This document shows, in pieces, positions 1 through 8,072 of a DNA stretch of 41,134 nucleotides. Position 1 is the first letter of the stretch; each line of letters opens with the position of its first letter. The stretch is from a virus (Duplodnaviria > Caudoviricetes), in IMG/VR virus record IMGVR_UViG_3300048851_000208, positions 1 through 41,134 of that record; one strand, given 5' to 3'. Position numbers and translations under genes: made by a program. Below the pieces are notes generated by a model. That model was not told where the DNA came from. It did no database searches and saw nothing but the letters and a program-made list of their open reading frames with translations.

Positions 1-468
1 ATGACTACGAAGGCTTACCTGCTTACCGCAATCGCGGCCTTCATTGTCGTCGTCACGGGGTCTGACCTGATCGCGCGAATGACAATCGCGGGAGATACAT
101 TCAGCAATGCCGTTGGCGAGCACTTGTATTGGGCATCGTTGACCATCGTCGGGGTGGTGTTTCTTTTCGTGCCGTTTGGAGGCGCTGCTCTCATCTGTGG
201 TGCCGCAAACAAGCGAGCTAAGACACGCAGTGCTATCGCGTTGTTCATCGTCGCGCTGGCAGCGCTCGGCTATTTTTATTTCGGCGGCTTCCAAGCTTCT
301 CAGCAGGCGATGCTGGACGAGAGATGGACCGCAGCAACACTATCAGTTGGGCTGTTGCCGTTTTTCGTCGGGCTGCCGTTGCTTGGCGTCGTTGCGATTG
401 CGGCGGTGGTTATCGCTCGGGTCGATAGACGGGCGATCGTCGAGGTCTCATCCGCGACCGGCAGCTAA
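1..468 (+). CDS. Multi-pass membrane protein (cassette gene)
   Basis: 155-aa ORF with about 4 hydrophobic helices. Its TAA stop forms the last 3 nt of the left arm of the repeat site at 458-485. Confidence 0.8.
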   Translation: MTTKAYLLTAIAAFIVVVTGSDLIARMTIAGDTFSNAVGEHLYWASLTIVGVVFLFVPFGGAALICGAANKRAKTRSAIALFIVALAALGYFYFGGFQASQQAMLDERWTAATLSVGLLPFFVGLPLLGVVAIAAVVIARVDRRAIVEVSSATGS

Positions 469-581
469 CCACCCATTCCAGTCATCAGGGGTGGTTGAGG
501 CGCTTCCCGAAAGCGGAACGGCAGCTATTACCGCGCCGGTGCCCGAAGGCGGAGTTTCCGCTTACGCCCAATTGCGGACTT
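458..581 (+). repeat. Composite cassette-junction repeat, copy 1 (long form)
   Basis: CCGGCAGCTAA-CCACCC-ATTCCAGTCAT, 24-nt linker, AAAGCGGAA, an extra internal unit, then GTTTCCGCTTA-CGCCCA-ATTGCGGACTT. 469-579 matches 20576-20686 with 1 mismatch. Confidence 0.9.
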
Positions 582-606
582 CAGCGATCAATGATTATTG
601 AAAGGC

Positions 607-951
607 ATGGCACGGATCGGACCGGATGATTGGCTTGAAGCCGAACGGCTTGACCGACGTACGTCACGCGCCCGGCTGGTCGGGATGTATGCGGCGGGGC
701 CGTGGACCGCGCTTCCAGCCATCGCGTCGCTTCCGATCATGGCTGTCGCTGGCGAAGGTGACTACATTATCATCGTTTTGGGAGTGCTGTGGGCAGCTCT
801 TCTGATTGGCGCGATCCGGGTCCGCCGAGGCAGCGAAGTTGGATCAACCCGCCGATCATGCGCGACATGGGTATCTTCTTACAGCGCCCTACTTTCGGTG
901 CTGATGTTCGCGATTGCGCTCGCCTTCGCATCAGATGGTAGCTGGCGCTGA
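607..951 (+). CDS. Small membrane protein (cassette gene)
   Basis: About 3 hydrophobic segments; bracketed by repeat sites 554-581 and 962-989. Start at 607 or 598. Confidence 0.7.
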   Translation: MARIGPDDWLEAERLDRRTSRARLVGMYAAGPWTALPAIASLPIMAVAGEGDYIIIVLGVLWAALLIGAIRVRRGSEVGSTRRSCATWVSSYSALLSVLMFAIALAFASDGSWR

Positions 952-961
952 GCCTCGCCGA

Positions 962-1038
962 AAGTCCGCTTTCCTCCCAATATGGGACGCCGCGGCCGGT
1001 TCTCTGGTTCTTGGAAGCGGACTGTCCAATTACCGCTC
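962..1038 (+). repeat. Composite cassette-junction repeat, copy 2 (right end truncated)
   Basis: AAGTCCGCTTT-CCTCCC-AATATGGGACG, 24-nt linker, GAAGCGGAC, TGTCCAATTA-CCGCTC. Ends 3 nt from the stop codon of the phage gene at 1042. Confidence 0.8.
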
Positions 1039-1041
1039 AGC

Positions 1042-1824
1042 CTATGGTCTGCCGTCATCGATGATCTGGCCGTATGGCGTCAGGTCAGGAACCGTGCCGT
1101 GGATTGCCTTGTGGGCCTTCAGAACGATGAGGTCCGCATCGGTTAGCGGCATTTCCCAGAGGCCATCGTCGGTGGTGTAGAAGGGGCGTTCGACCTGTGC
1201 GCGAGCCGCCTTGCTGCCAATGGACTCCTGGCCCTCATACTTGCGGGCATCCTGACGCTGGAACTGGTTCGCGGTGCGCTTGATATAGGCCTCGGCGTCC
1301 AGCAGTTCGCCGCGAACGAATGCGGTCGCCGTGGTGGCGTGGACGTTGACGATGTGAGTAGCCGCTAGAGCGCCCTCTAACAGGCCGTAGATGTTCAACT
1401 CGGCGGCGAAGCAACTCGCAATGCGCGCATATTGGCTGACGCTCAGCGGTGCCGCGAAGGGGATCACGAGGGTGACGGCGTTCAAGGTGCGGGCGCGGTT
1501 CTCGGTTTGAATGAAGAGGTGCGCGTAGCCAAGTCGTTCGGCGGCGATCGTCAGGGCCTCGAACTGCTCGACCCGATAGTCTAGCGCCAGCGCATACACA
1601 CCTGTGATATTCGCGTCCTTGTTGACGCAGCGGGTGCCCTTATAGGCCGCGAAGCTAAGCCCGCGTGGTTCACCTTGGCCGAACCTAAGCTGCGCGACGG
1701 CATTCTCAACGTGCTGGACAACTGCGCTAAGTCGATTGCTCGTATCGAGCGGCACCTTGGAAGCGTCTGCCTTGTTGTAGCCGCGGTCTCCGCTGTGAAA
1801 TCGGGTAATCTCGATAACTGACAT
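1042..1824 (-). CDS. Hypothetical phage protein, possibly a degenerate AEP primase-like fold
   Basis: 260-aa ORF with SD AAGGAG. Segments YALALDY and AVTLVIPFAAPLS resemble the primase-polymerase motifs hhhDhD and RhhhPL, but without the catalytic residues. Confidence 0.7.
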   Translation of the reverse strand: MSVIEITRFHSGDRGYNKADASKVPLDTSNRLSAVVQHVENAVAQLRFGQGEPRGLSFAAYKGTRCVNKDANITGVYALALDYRVEQFEALTIAAERLGYAHLFIQTENRARTLNAVTLVIPFAAPLSVSQYARIASCFAAELNIYGLLEGALAATHIVNVHATTATAFVRGELLDAEAYIKRTANQFQRQDARKYEGQESIGSKAARAQVERPFYTTDDGLWEMPLTDADLIVLKAHKAIHGTVPDLTPYGQIIDDGRP

Positions 1825-1852
1825 TTGGGTGCTCCTTCTCCCTTGTGTCCAT

Positions 1853-1915
1853 TATCTATCAAGGTGCTGCGAAAGGTCGGGTCAAACGGGTCAAGAACCG
1901 GCGGTTTGATAGATA
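1853..1915. promoter_or_regulatory. Divergent pair of phage promoter motifs (TTGATAGATA on each strand)
   Basis: TATCTATCAA at 1853-1862 and TTGATAGATA at 1906-1915. The plus copy is 4 nt before ATG 1920. Confidence 0.6.
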
Positions 1916-1919
1916 GATG

Positions 1920-2336
1920 ATGACAAACCTATCTCCGCATTTCACCTTGGCTGAAATGACCGTCACCTCGACGGGCATCGACAATCAGCCAACCGCCGCC
2001 CACCTCGCCAACCTGAAGGTCGCCGCAGCCGGCATGGAAAAGGTCCGTGCCGCTCTGGGCAAGCCGATCAAGGTCAACTCAGCCTATCGAAGCGCGCTGG
2101 TGAACCGCAAAGTCGGTGGCGTGCCCACGTCGGCGCATTGCCAGGGTTACGCAGTGGATTTCCGCGTTGCCGGCATGACGCCGCTGGATATCTGCCGCGC
2201 AATCGTCGCCGCAGGGATCAAGTTCGACCAATTGATAGAAGAAGGGACGTGGACCCATGTATCTTTCGATCCGCGTATGCGCGGAGATGTCCTGACCATG
2301 AGGAACGGTCGATACACCAAAGGTCTCGTGAAGTAG
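1920..2336 (+). CDS. Endolysin, peptidase M15 (D-Ala-D-Ala carboxypeptidase-like metallopeptidase)
   Basis: Motifs LSPHFTLAEM, NSAYRS..N..VGG...SAH..G.AVD and WTHVS. Start at 1920 (fits the promoter-motif spacing) or 1917. Confidence 0.9.
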   Translation: MTNLSPHFTLAEMTVTSTGIDNQPTAAHLANLKVAAAGMEKVRAALGKPIKVNSAYRSALVNRKVGGVPTSAHCQGYAVDFRVAGMTPLDICRAIVAAGIKFDQLIEEGTWTHVSFDPRMRGDVLTMRNGRYTKGLVK

Positions 2337-2389
2337 TCGTTTAACCGATCCTCGCCGTTTCCACCGAACAACCACTCGGCTCCTATCGA

Positions 2390-2438
2390 TCGACCCCACC
2401 CACAAGTGTGTGTGTCGGGCTATATTGGTGGGGGTCGA
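2390..2438. other. Inverted repeat / stem-loop downstream of the endolysin
   Basis: TCGACCCCACC (2390-2400) pairs with GGTGGGGGTCGA (2427-2438) with one bulge. Confidence 0.5.
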
Positions 2439-2468
2439 ACAATTGATGGTTAACGGTGAAAATAACGC

Positions 2469-2496
2469 TTGCCATACTCTGAAGTTCGGCTAGAAG
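2469..2496 (+). promoter_or_regulatory. Putative sigma70-type promoter
   Basis: TTGCCA-N16-TAGAAG (GGCTAGAAG), upstream of the 2806-4558 operon. Confidence 0.4.
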
Positions 2497-2805
2497 GGTT
2501 CTCGTTCGGCGCTGGCAGCGATGATATAAGCCAGCGTGGTTGGGCAAACTAAGACTTCGGTCTCGCTGTTGCCATTCCTGGGTTTCACCCGGGCCGTCGG
2601 TTAAGGCTCGTCGCCGGATGCGTTCCGGTTGGCGTCATCAGTATGCGGTCCGCCGCTACTTGAAATGGCCTTTTAGGAGGAAAACACTCCCGACCCTTCG
2701 CCGTCGAACACGGCATCTTACCAACGCTCAGGCGTGGTGGGTGCCGTATATCTGTTTCATCGCTCCCCATGTCTGTGTGTTGGCTTTTAGAGAGCCACCA
2801 CCACT

Positions 2806-3690
2806 ATGACTTCTTCAAACGCTATTGTTCCTGCCTCGTCCACGTCTGACGAGAGCTTCACGCCGCTCACCGAGAGCGCCCTGACGATCGTGCCACCCAC
2901 AAGTGTGGATGGCGAGCCGCACATCAACGACAACCTGGAGCGCGTCGGCTTCGAAGAGGTGTCGGAGGTCGATGTCGAGCAGACGCTGACGCAGTGCCTG
3001 CTCTTGGTGCGCCGGCAGTTCACCGACAACCTCATTGGCGAGGCCACCCGCAAGGACGCGGAAGAGGACGACAACGCCGCCCTCATGTCGCTTGGCTACG
3101 GCAACGCCCTTGATTGGCTCGACAACAAGCCGATGCTCTATCGGGCGCTGTCCGCGGCCAAGATGGTGCCCGAGACCGACAACGTGAAGTTGTTGGGGCA
3201 GATTGCCAAGCTACAGCTTGGCGACTGGAAGACCCGTGCGGACGGCACGACTTCATGGTTTGTGCCAAGGCGCCGGGACGAGCGTCTGGGCCGCTTCTAC
3301 CGCATCTTCTTCGCCAACCAGGCCAAATATCCGCGCGAGAACCTGCGTCAGGTGATCCTCAATCATCCTGGCAAGTCGGGCGGCATCCTGAAGAGCGTCG
3401 AGAACAAGCAGAAGCCGCTCTCGAAGGTGGAACTTGCGGAGAACCGCAAGACGGCGAAGCGGGTCGCGCCCATGGCCAAGGTCAAGAACGCGTCACTCGA
3501 CATTCCTAAGGCCAAGCTAGGTCAATACCGGTTGGCGCTCGTTCGCGTCGAGCCGCACGGCTTGGACATCTGCTCGATCATCGAGGGCGAAGATGCCTTG
3601 ACCGAGCGCTTGGCCGACCGGTGGGCCGCAGAAGCAGCCATGACCGTCGACACCAGCGAGGACGCTGACGCGGACGCGAACGAGGAATGA
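2806..3690 (+). CDS. Hypothetical phage protein
   Basis: 294-aa ORF with coding-like codon usage; ATGA overlap with the next gene. Confidence 0.8.
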   Translation: MTSSNAIVPASSTSDESFTPLTESALTIVPPTSVDGEPHINDNLERVGFEEVSEVDVEQTLTQCLLLVRRQFTDNLIGEATRKDAEEDDNAALMSLGYGNALDWLDNKPMLYRALSAAKMVPETDNVKLLGQIAKLQLGDWKTRADGTTSWFVPRRRDERLGRFYRIFFANQAKYPRENLRQVILNHPGKSGGILKSVENKQKPLSKVELAENRKTAKRVAPMAKVKNASLDIPKAKLGQYRLALVRVEPHGLDICSIIEGEDALTERLADRWAAEAAMTVDTSEDADADANEE

Positions 3691-4295
3691 CGAGTGCGAG
3701 AAAGGCGCGTGCCAGCGAAATGCTGGCCGCGCTCGCCGCTGATCGTTTCCTGCTCTTCAAGGAGGCTGACTTGATCGCCCTCGATATTCCATTCGATCTG
3801 CGCCGCGAGACGCAGAACAAGGCGCTGCGCTACCGAAAGGAGCGCCCCTTCGACCCCAAGATGTTTCCGTCTCTCAGCCCGGCAGCCGACAACTACTATC
3901 AGTATCTGGAGGTTGCGCGACGAGAAAGCAACTACTCGGAGAACTACCGCAAGAAGCATTTCCAGCGCGTAAAGGCGCTGGTGGAACGCCACAATGAACT
4001 AGGTCCATTCGATCCTCCACTTTCCTCGGATGAACAGTTTTTAGTTGATAGATGGTTCTGGCATGGCGAGCACATTGAGAGATGGCGAGAGACGTGCCAG
4101 AGGAACTGGGACGCTCTTAGCGCCACCGAGCGTCTATGGTTCGATCACAAGCCGATGGATAGTCGGTGGGCGTGGGAGTTTCCGGGTCTCGCACCAGCCC
4201 CACATTGCTTCTACCCGACTGAAGAGACGCCCGAACGCGCGCGCCAGAAGCACCTGCTCAAGTGGGTGATCGAGGATTGCGGGGAGGACGCATGA
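3687..4295 (+). CDS. Hypothetical phage protein
   Basis: 202-aa ORF, translationally coupled at both ends. Confidence 0.75.
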   Translation: MTSARKARASEMLAALAADRFLLFKEADLIALDIPFDLRRETQNKALRYRKERPFDPKMFPSLSPAADNYYQYLEVARRESNYSENYRKKHFQRVKALVERHNELGPFDPPLSSDEQFLVDRWFWHGEHIERWRETCQRNWDALSATERLWFDHKPMDSRWAWEFPGLAPAPHCFYPTEETPERARQKHLLKWVIEDCGEDA

Positions 4296-4558
4296 TGATG
4301 GCGACCCACACGTGTCGATTGGACGGCCATCAGGTCTTCTTCGACAGCTTCGCGCACGGGGAGGCCGACACGTTGATCGCTTGGCTTGATCGGCAAGGCT
4401 ATGCGTCGGTGCCCGAACCGGAGGCCACAATGACGTGGCCGAGCGGCCGGGAGTATCAGGTGCTCCGCGCGCCTGATGGCACGGCGATTTTCATCAGGCT
4501 GTTCGACCTCGATCCACAAGACGCCATGCTGCTCAAACTGGCGTTTGGCGGGGGCTAG
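4292..4558 (+). CDS. Small phage protein with C-terminal D..DAM.xKLA.GG motif
   Basis: SD GGAGG with ATG overlapping the previous stop. C-terminus DPQDAMLLKLAFGGG resembles that of 5194-5529. Confidence 0.75.
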   Translation: MMMATHTCRLDGHQVFFDSFAHGEADTLIAWLDRQGYASVPEPEATMTWPSGREYQVLRAPDGTAIFIRLFDLDPQDAMLLKLAFGGG

Positions 4559-4562
4559 CGAC

Positions 4563-4935
4563 GCCACGAGATCTCGTGGCTATCCGACTACCCCTCTGGT
4601 CGGATCAGCCCTGAGCGAAGCCCGCAAGGGCAAGGCCGGGTCGCTCTGTTGGCCTGTCTTTGCGGGCTTCATCCACCCGGTCCGCCTTCCTCGGCGCAGC
4701 CACACTTCTCTTTCCCGCCTCCTGGCGAGGAGCGGAGCGATGGCGTCGCAGACAGCTGGTTCTGGCGTAAGCCAGGACGACTACCTGAAAACTAACACGC
4801 CAGCGGGTGAGCCGATCTGAGCAAACGTCGGAGACGTGCGAAGAGCGCGCGAAACAGCGCAGCGTCGTGGATTGGTGATGATCTTAGTGGGGAGGCATGG
4901 GCTGGGTTTATTACCCCTACGGGTAATATACCTAG
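4563..4935. other. Non-coding cluster of hairpins (possible replication origin or structured RNA)
   Basis: Perfect 18-bp palindrome at 4563-4580, plus stems at 4582-4605, 4617-4670, 4715-4735, 4760-4776 and 4902-4935. Confidence 0.55.
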
Positions 4936-5193
4936 TCTATGGTTCGCCAGTTAGTTCGTCGCCGATCCGCGGTTAATATATAGAGCAAAGCTCAAGACGA
5001 TTATAGACGAATCGAATGCCACGGCAGCATAGTGTCATTAACGCGATGGTTATCCGCATCGCCGCTCTCGATAAACTAGATCGACGCCGAGAACCACAAG
5101 ACGCGTTGTAGAGATTGCGGCTCATGTTAGCCGTGATGACCCTTGGGATTGGTGGTTCTCTCCCAAGGGTCAACCCAACTGGAGAACCACATC

Positions 5194-5529
5194 ATGAACA
5201 TCGATTATCTAGTCACGCTTCCGTTTGCCAAATTGGATGGCTGGGGACGCGAGTGTCATGCGATCCTTCACAGCATCAGTCCTCTTGCCGGCGAAGTTCG
5301 CATCGAAGTCTCAGCGGAGGCTCATGCCGGCTACAGCCCCATCCACCTCCGCGTGTTTGATGAAGCCTGCGGCTGCGTCGTGCCGGTGCCAGAGCTAATC
5401 GAGGAGATCGGCAAGGCCGTTGATCGCGTGCTCGAACTGACGAGGCACGACCCGGATCACGTGACTTTCCACTTCAGCGATCCCGACAGTGCCATGCTGT
5501 TCAAGCTCGCCAATGGAGGTGCGGCGTGA
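5194..5529 (+). CDS. Small phage protein with C-terminal F.DPDSAMLFKLA.GG motif
   Basis: SD GGAG before ATG 5194; C-terminus resembles that of 4292-4558. Confidence 0.75.
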   Translation: MNIDYLVTLPFAKLDGWGRECHAILHSISPLAGEVRIEVSAEAHAGYSPIHLRVFDEACGCVVPVPELIEEIGKAVDRVLELTRHDPDHVTFHFSDPDSAMLFKLANGGAA

Positions 5530-6032
5530 GGCAGGATCTATCAGACGACCTGCTGGCGTATCTGCGAGCGTGGCATGCTACCACCGTATCGCGCAAGCTG
5601 GCTGCTGGCCATCGCGTTGACCTACCCTTCGCCCATTTTCTCGACTTGTTCGAAGAACGGCAGCTTGCCAGCCTTCAAAGCGCCGTCGAGGAGGATCGGC
5701 TGAACGGCCTTCAGGACCGCGACAATCCTTACGCTTATGTCGCGACGTGGCGAAGCTACGCGGCTCGATCGTCTGGTATCTACGACAAGACGACGGCGTT
5801 CATCTGCTCGCGAATGAAGAGCGACGCGATCAACAAGCCCAAGCCTGGGGACGTCCTACGGGAGGATCACCGCGCAGCGATTTCCAAGACCCTGACAGGC
5901 ATGCCGAAGAGCGACGATCATAAGGCCGCACTGAGCGAGGCGCTTAAGGGCACCACGAAGCAGCCTTGGAGCGCAGAACGGAAGGCCGAGCGCCGACGTC
6001 AGAATGCCGAGAGAAGGTCGAAGCGCAGCTAA
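5526..6032 (+). CDS. Phage protein with C-terminal NUMOD3-like DNA-binding repeats
   Basis: Repeats EDHRAAISKTLTG, SDDHKAALSEALKG and WSAERK; SD GGAGG; GTGA overlap with the previous gene. Confidence 0.7.
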   Translation: MRQDLSDDLLAYLRAWHATTVSRKLAAGHRVDLPFAHFLDLFEERQLASLQSAVEEDRLNGLQDRDNPYAYVATWRSYAARSSGIYDKTTAFICSRMKSDAINKPKPGDVLREDHRAAISKTLTGMPKSDDHKAALSEALKGTTKQPWSAERKAERRRQNAERRSKRS

Positions 6033-6421
6033 ATTACATAGGGATGCTCAGCGCGGACGATCTCGACGGCCTTCTCGATCACCCCGCGCTGCTTCGCGGT
6101 GCCTCTCGGATGAGCAAGCCAGTTGTGCCGCACGAATTTCCAGATGGGCACCTTCTCCACCGAGACGCGCTCGCGCCATGTCTCTTCAGCGCCACCGGCC
6201 ACGCCCGCGATGATGTGGGCCAGCATGTCGCGCATCTCGTCAGCGGTCTGGAACTTGGTAGCAATGACGATCGGAGTCCTAAGTCCCGAGTCGAGTTCCC
6301 GAAATTGATGGTGGATCTCGTGGATAGATGATCCTTGATCTTGATTAGCCAACTCTCTCTGATCCGTTCCCCATCCTCTGCGTTGAAATAGGGTGTTTTC
6401 CAAGGGTGCGATAATGGCCAA
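6029..6421 (-). CDS. Hypothetical protein (start uncertain)
   Basis: 130-aa ORF converging on 5526-6032. Confidence 0.4.
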   Translation of the reverse strand: MAIIAPLENTLFQRRGWGTDQRELANQDQGSSIHEIHHQFRELDSGLRTPIVIATKFQTADEMRDMLAHIIAGVAGGAEETWRERVSVEKVPIWKFVRHNWLAHPRGTAKQRGVIEKAVEIVRAEHPYVI

Positions 6422-6638
6422 AGTCTACGACGAGAGTTCGCATGTTACGGCCGAAGAGGGCGTCGTTTATGTCGATGGGCCTGACGGTGTGTCGGTCGCG
6501 GTGACGCCAGAGGCGGCGTTGGACATATCAGACGAGCTGCTGGCGAAGGCTACGGAGGCACAGGGCCAGAAGGTCCAAGCGGAGCAGGGCGCGCGCGAAA
6601 AGCAGGGACGTGATGAGGCAAGGCGGCCGAACAGCTAG
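6414..6638 (+). CDS. Small hypothetical protein of sphingomonad type
   Basis: Motif VTAEEGVVYVDGPDGVSVAVTPEAA, recalled from Sphingomonas small proteins. Confidence 0.75.
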   Translation: MAKVYDESSHVTAEEGVVYVDGPDGVSVAVTPEAALDISDELLAKATEAQGQKVQAEQGAREKQGRDEARRPNS

Positions 6639-6691
6639 GTTCGAGGCCGAAACAACCTCTCGTGCGTTGTAGCGCGCGAAGGGGAACGACC

Positions 6692-6931
6692 ATGTCCGAT
6701 AGCTCAGCCGAATGTCGTGCTCGGGCGGCTGCTCTGCGCGCTACCTATGGCGACAGTCCGCTCGCGAATGTGCGCGATCGATATGAAGCTGCCGCGGCGA
6801 AGTGGGATGTGATGGCACTTCAAGCTGAACGGACCGACAAGGGCCGGCTCGCACGGGCGGAGAAGCGCGTCGCAGGTGAAATGACCCTCGACGGACCAGA
6901 CGACTTTTACCCGCCCCTGCGGTCAACGTGA
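6692..6931 (+). CDS. Small hypothetical protein
   Basis: SD-like AAGGGG before ATG 6692; motif LANVRDRYEAAAAKW. Confidence 0.6.
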   Translation: MSDSSAECRARAAALRATYGDSPLANVRDRYEAAAAKWDVMALQAERTDKGRLARAEKRVAGEMTLDGPDDFYPPLRST

Positions 6932-6941
6932 GCCCGTCAGA

Positions 6942-7181
6942 CTATCCCGTGATCAACACTGCGTCGCGGAAGTTGATCCGGCCCACTTCTTGAGCAGTGC
7001 TGTCGGCCACTGCGATGTAGCAACCAAGGCAGAGCCTTCCTTCGCGCAACTCGCCAACCATCACGTCACGAGCATTCTTTAACGCCACCGCTATGGCTTC
7101 GCTCAACGAAGCGCATTCAAATCCCTCTAAATCGTTCAGCACGCGGCCGCATTCATGAAGATGGAGGAAGTAACGTCCCAT
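6942..7181 (-). CDS. DUF6894-like small protein
   Basis: Pattern RYFLHL....D.EG.E..SL.EA...A...AR; downstream of a Crp gene. Confidence 0.8.
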   Translation of the reverse strand: MGRYFLHLHECGRVLNDLEGFECASLSEAIAVALKNARDVMVGELREGRLCLGCYIAVADSTAQEVGRINFRDAVLITG

Positions 7182-7205
7182 CGCAGAAAACTCACTCAGT
7201 TTACA

Positions 7206-7937
7206 TTACGCGGCGGCGGCGTGAAGATACGCTTGATCAAAGTCGGCGACACGCCGGAAGCGATCCCAATCCTGAACCTCGATGGAGCGGCCATCACGCC
7301 GGATCACTCCATCCTCATCCAACTCGCGAAGCATTCGGTTCACATGAACCGATGTCAAACCCGTCGCGTCACCGATTTCTTCCTGCGTAAAAGGTAACTT
7401 CATCCGTTCGGGAGAGCCGAGGCCGGCGGCTTGGCAGCGCACGATGAATTCGCAAAGCATGTGAGCGATGCGGGTTTTCGCATCTCTTCTGCCCACGTTA
7501 AGGACCCACTCGCGAAAGATCGAAGCGTCGATCAAGGTGTCGCGCCAGAACGCCCTTCCAATCATCGGACGCTGCTCGGCTAGTTCGCGCAACGCTGGCA
7601 TGGGAAGCCAGACAACCGTGGCGTCCGAGACAGCCTGTATGTTGTGGTCGGCACGCTCAAGAAAGAGGTGTTGAAGGTCCAGTATGTCGCCGGGGATATG
7701 AAAGGACACGATCTGGCGCGCGCCATCTGCTGCTAACTTGCTCCGAGAAGCAAAGCCATCAACGAGGAGGCAGCACTCCTGGGGCTTAGAGCCTTCTCGC
7801 ACCAAGTATTCGCGCCAAGAGATGCGACTGACGCGGTGCGGCAACGCCGCTACGGCTGCTTCATCTTCGGGACTGAGCGGAGTAAGAAGCCGGAGCTTCC
7901 GAACCAGAGTTGAGAAGGGCTGATCCGCGCTTGTCAT
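7206..7937 (-). CDS. Crp/Fnr family transcriptional regulator
   Basis: cNMP-like domain (GARQIVSFHIPGDILDL) and HTH LPFTQEEIGDATGLTSVHVNRMLREL. Confidence 0.95.
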   Translation of the reverse strand: MTSADQPFSTLVRKLRLLTPLSPEDEAAVAALPHRVSRISWREYLVREGSKPQECCLLVDGFASRSKLAADGARQIVSFHIPGDILDLQHLFLERADHNIQAVSDATVVWLPMPALRELAEQRPMIGRAFWRDTLIDASIFREWVLNVGRRDAKTRIAHMLCEFIVRCQAAGLGSPERMKLPFTQEEIGDATGLTSVHVNRMLRELDEDGVIRRDGRSIEVQDWDRFRRVADFDQAYLHAAAA

Positions 7938-7971
7938 TGATGCCTTGCGTCACGAGTTGCTTCTACGGAAG

Positions 7972-7996
7972 AATGCGCTTCCGCTGAAATCGTTCC
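7972..7996 (-). promoter_or_regulatory. Putative EcfG/SigT (general stress response) promoter of the Crp gene
   Basis: Minus strand reads GGAAC-N16-CATT. Confidence 0.45.
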
Positions 7997-8072
7997 CGAA
8001 ACGATCGTCGCAAGCGCCGCCGCGCTTCATGCGCGTGTTGTCGAGTTCGCACGGGCGGGCTAGCCTTTGCCG

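Noticed and set aside
458-581. Junction repeats as canonical integron attC sites
   Set aside because: The inner unit is about 59 bp and can contain the stop codon, but there is no RYYYAAC...GTTRRRY pair, no full-length hairpin and no intI in the window.
2450-2466. CtrA box
   Set aside because: TTAAC half-site only; the second half is not at TTAA-N7-TTAA spacing.
8030-8072. LexA box upstream of SRAP
   Set aside because: No GTTC-N7-GTTC or GAAC-N7-GAAC at the correct spacing.
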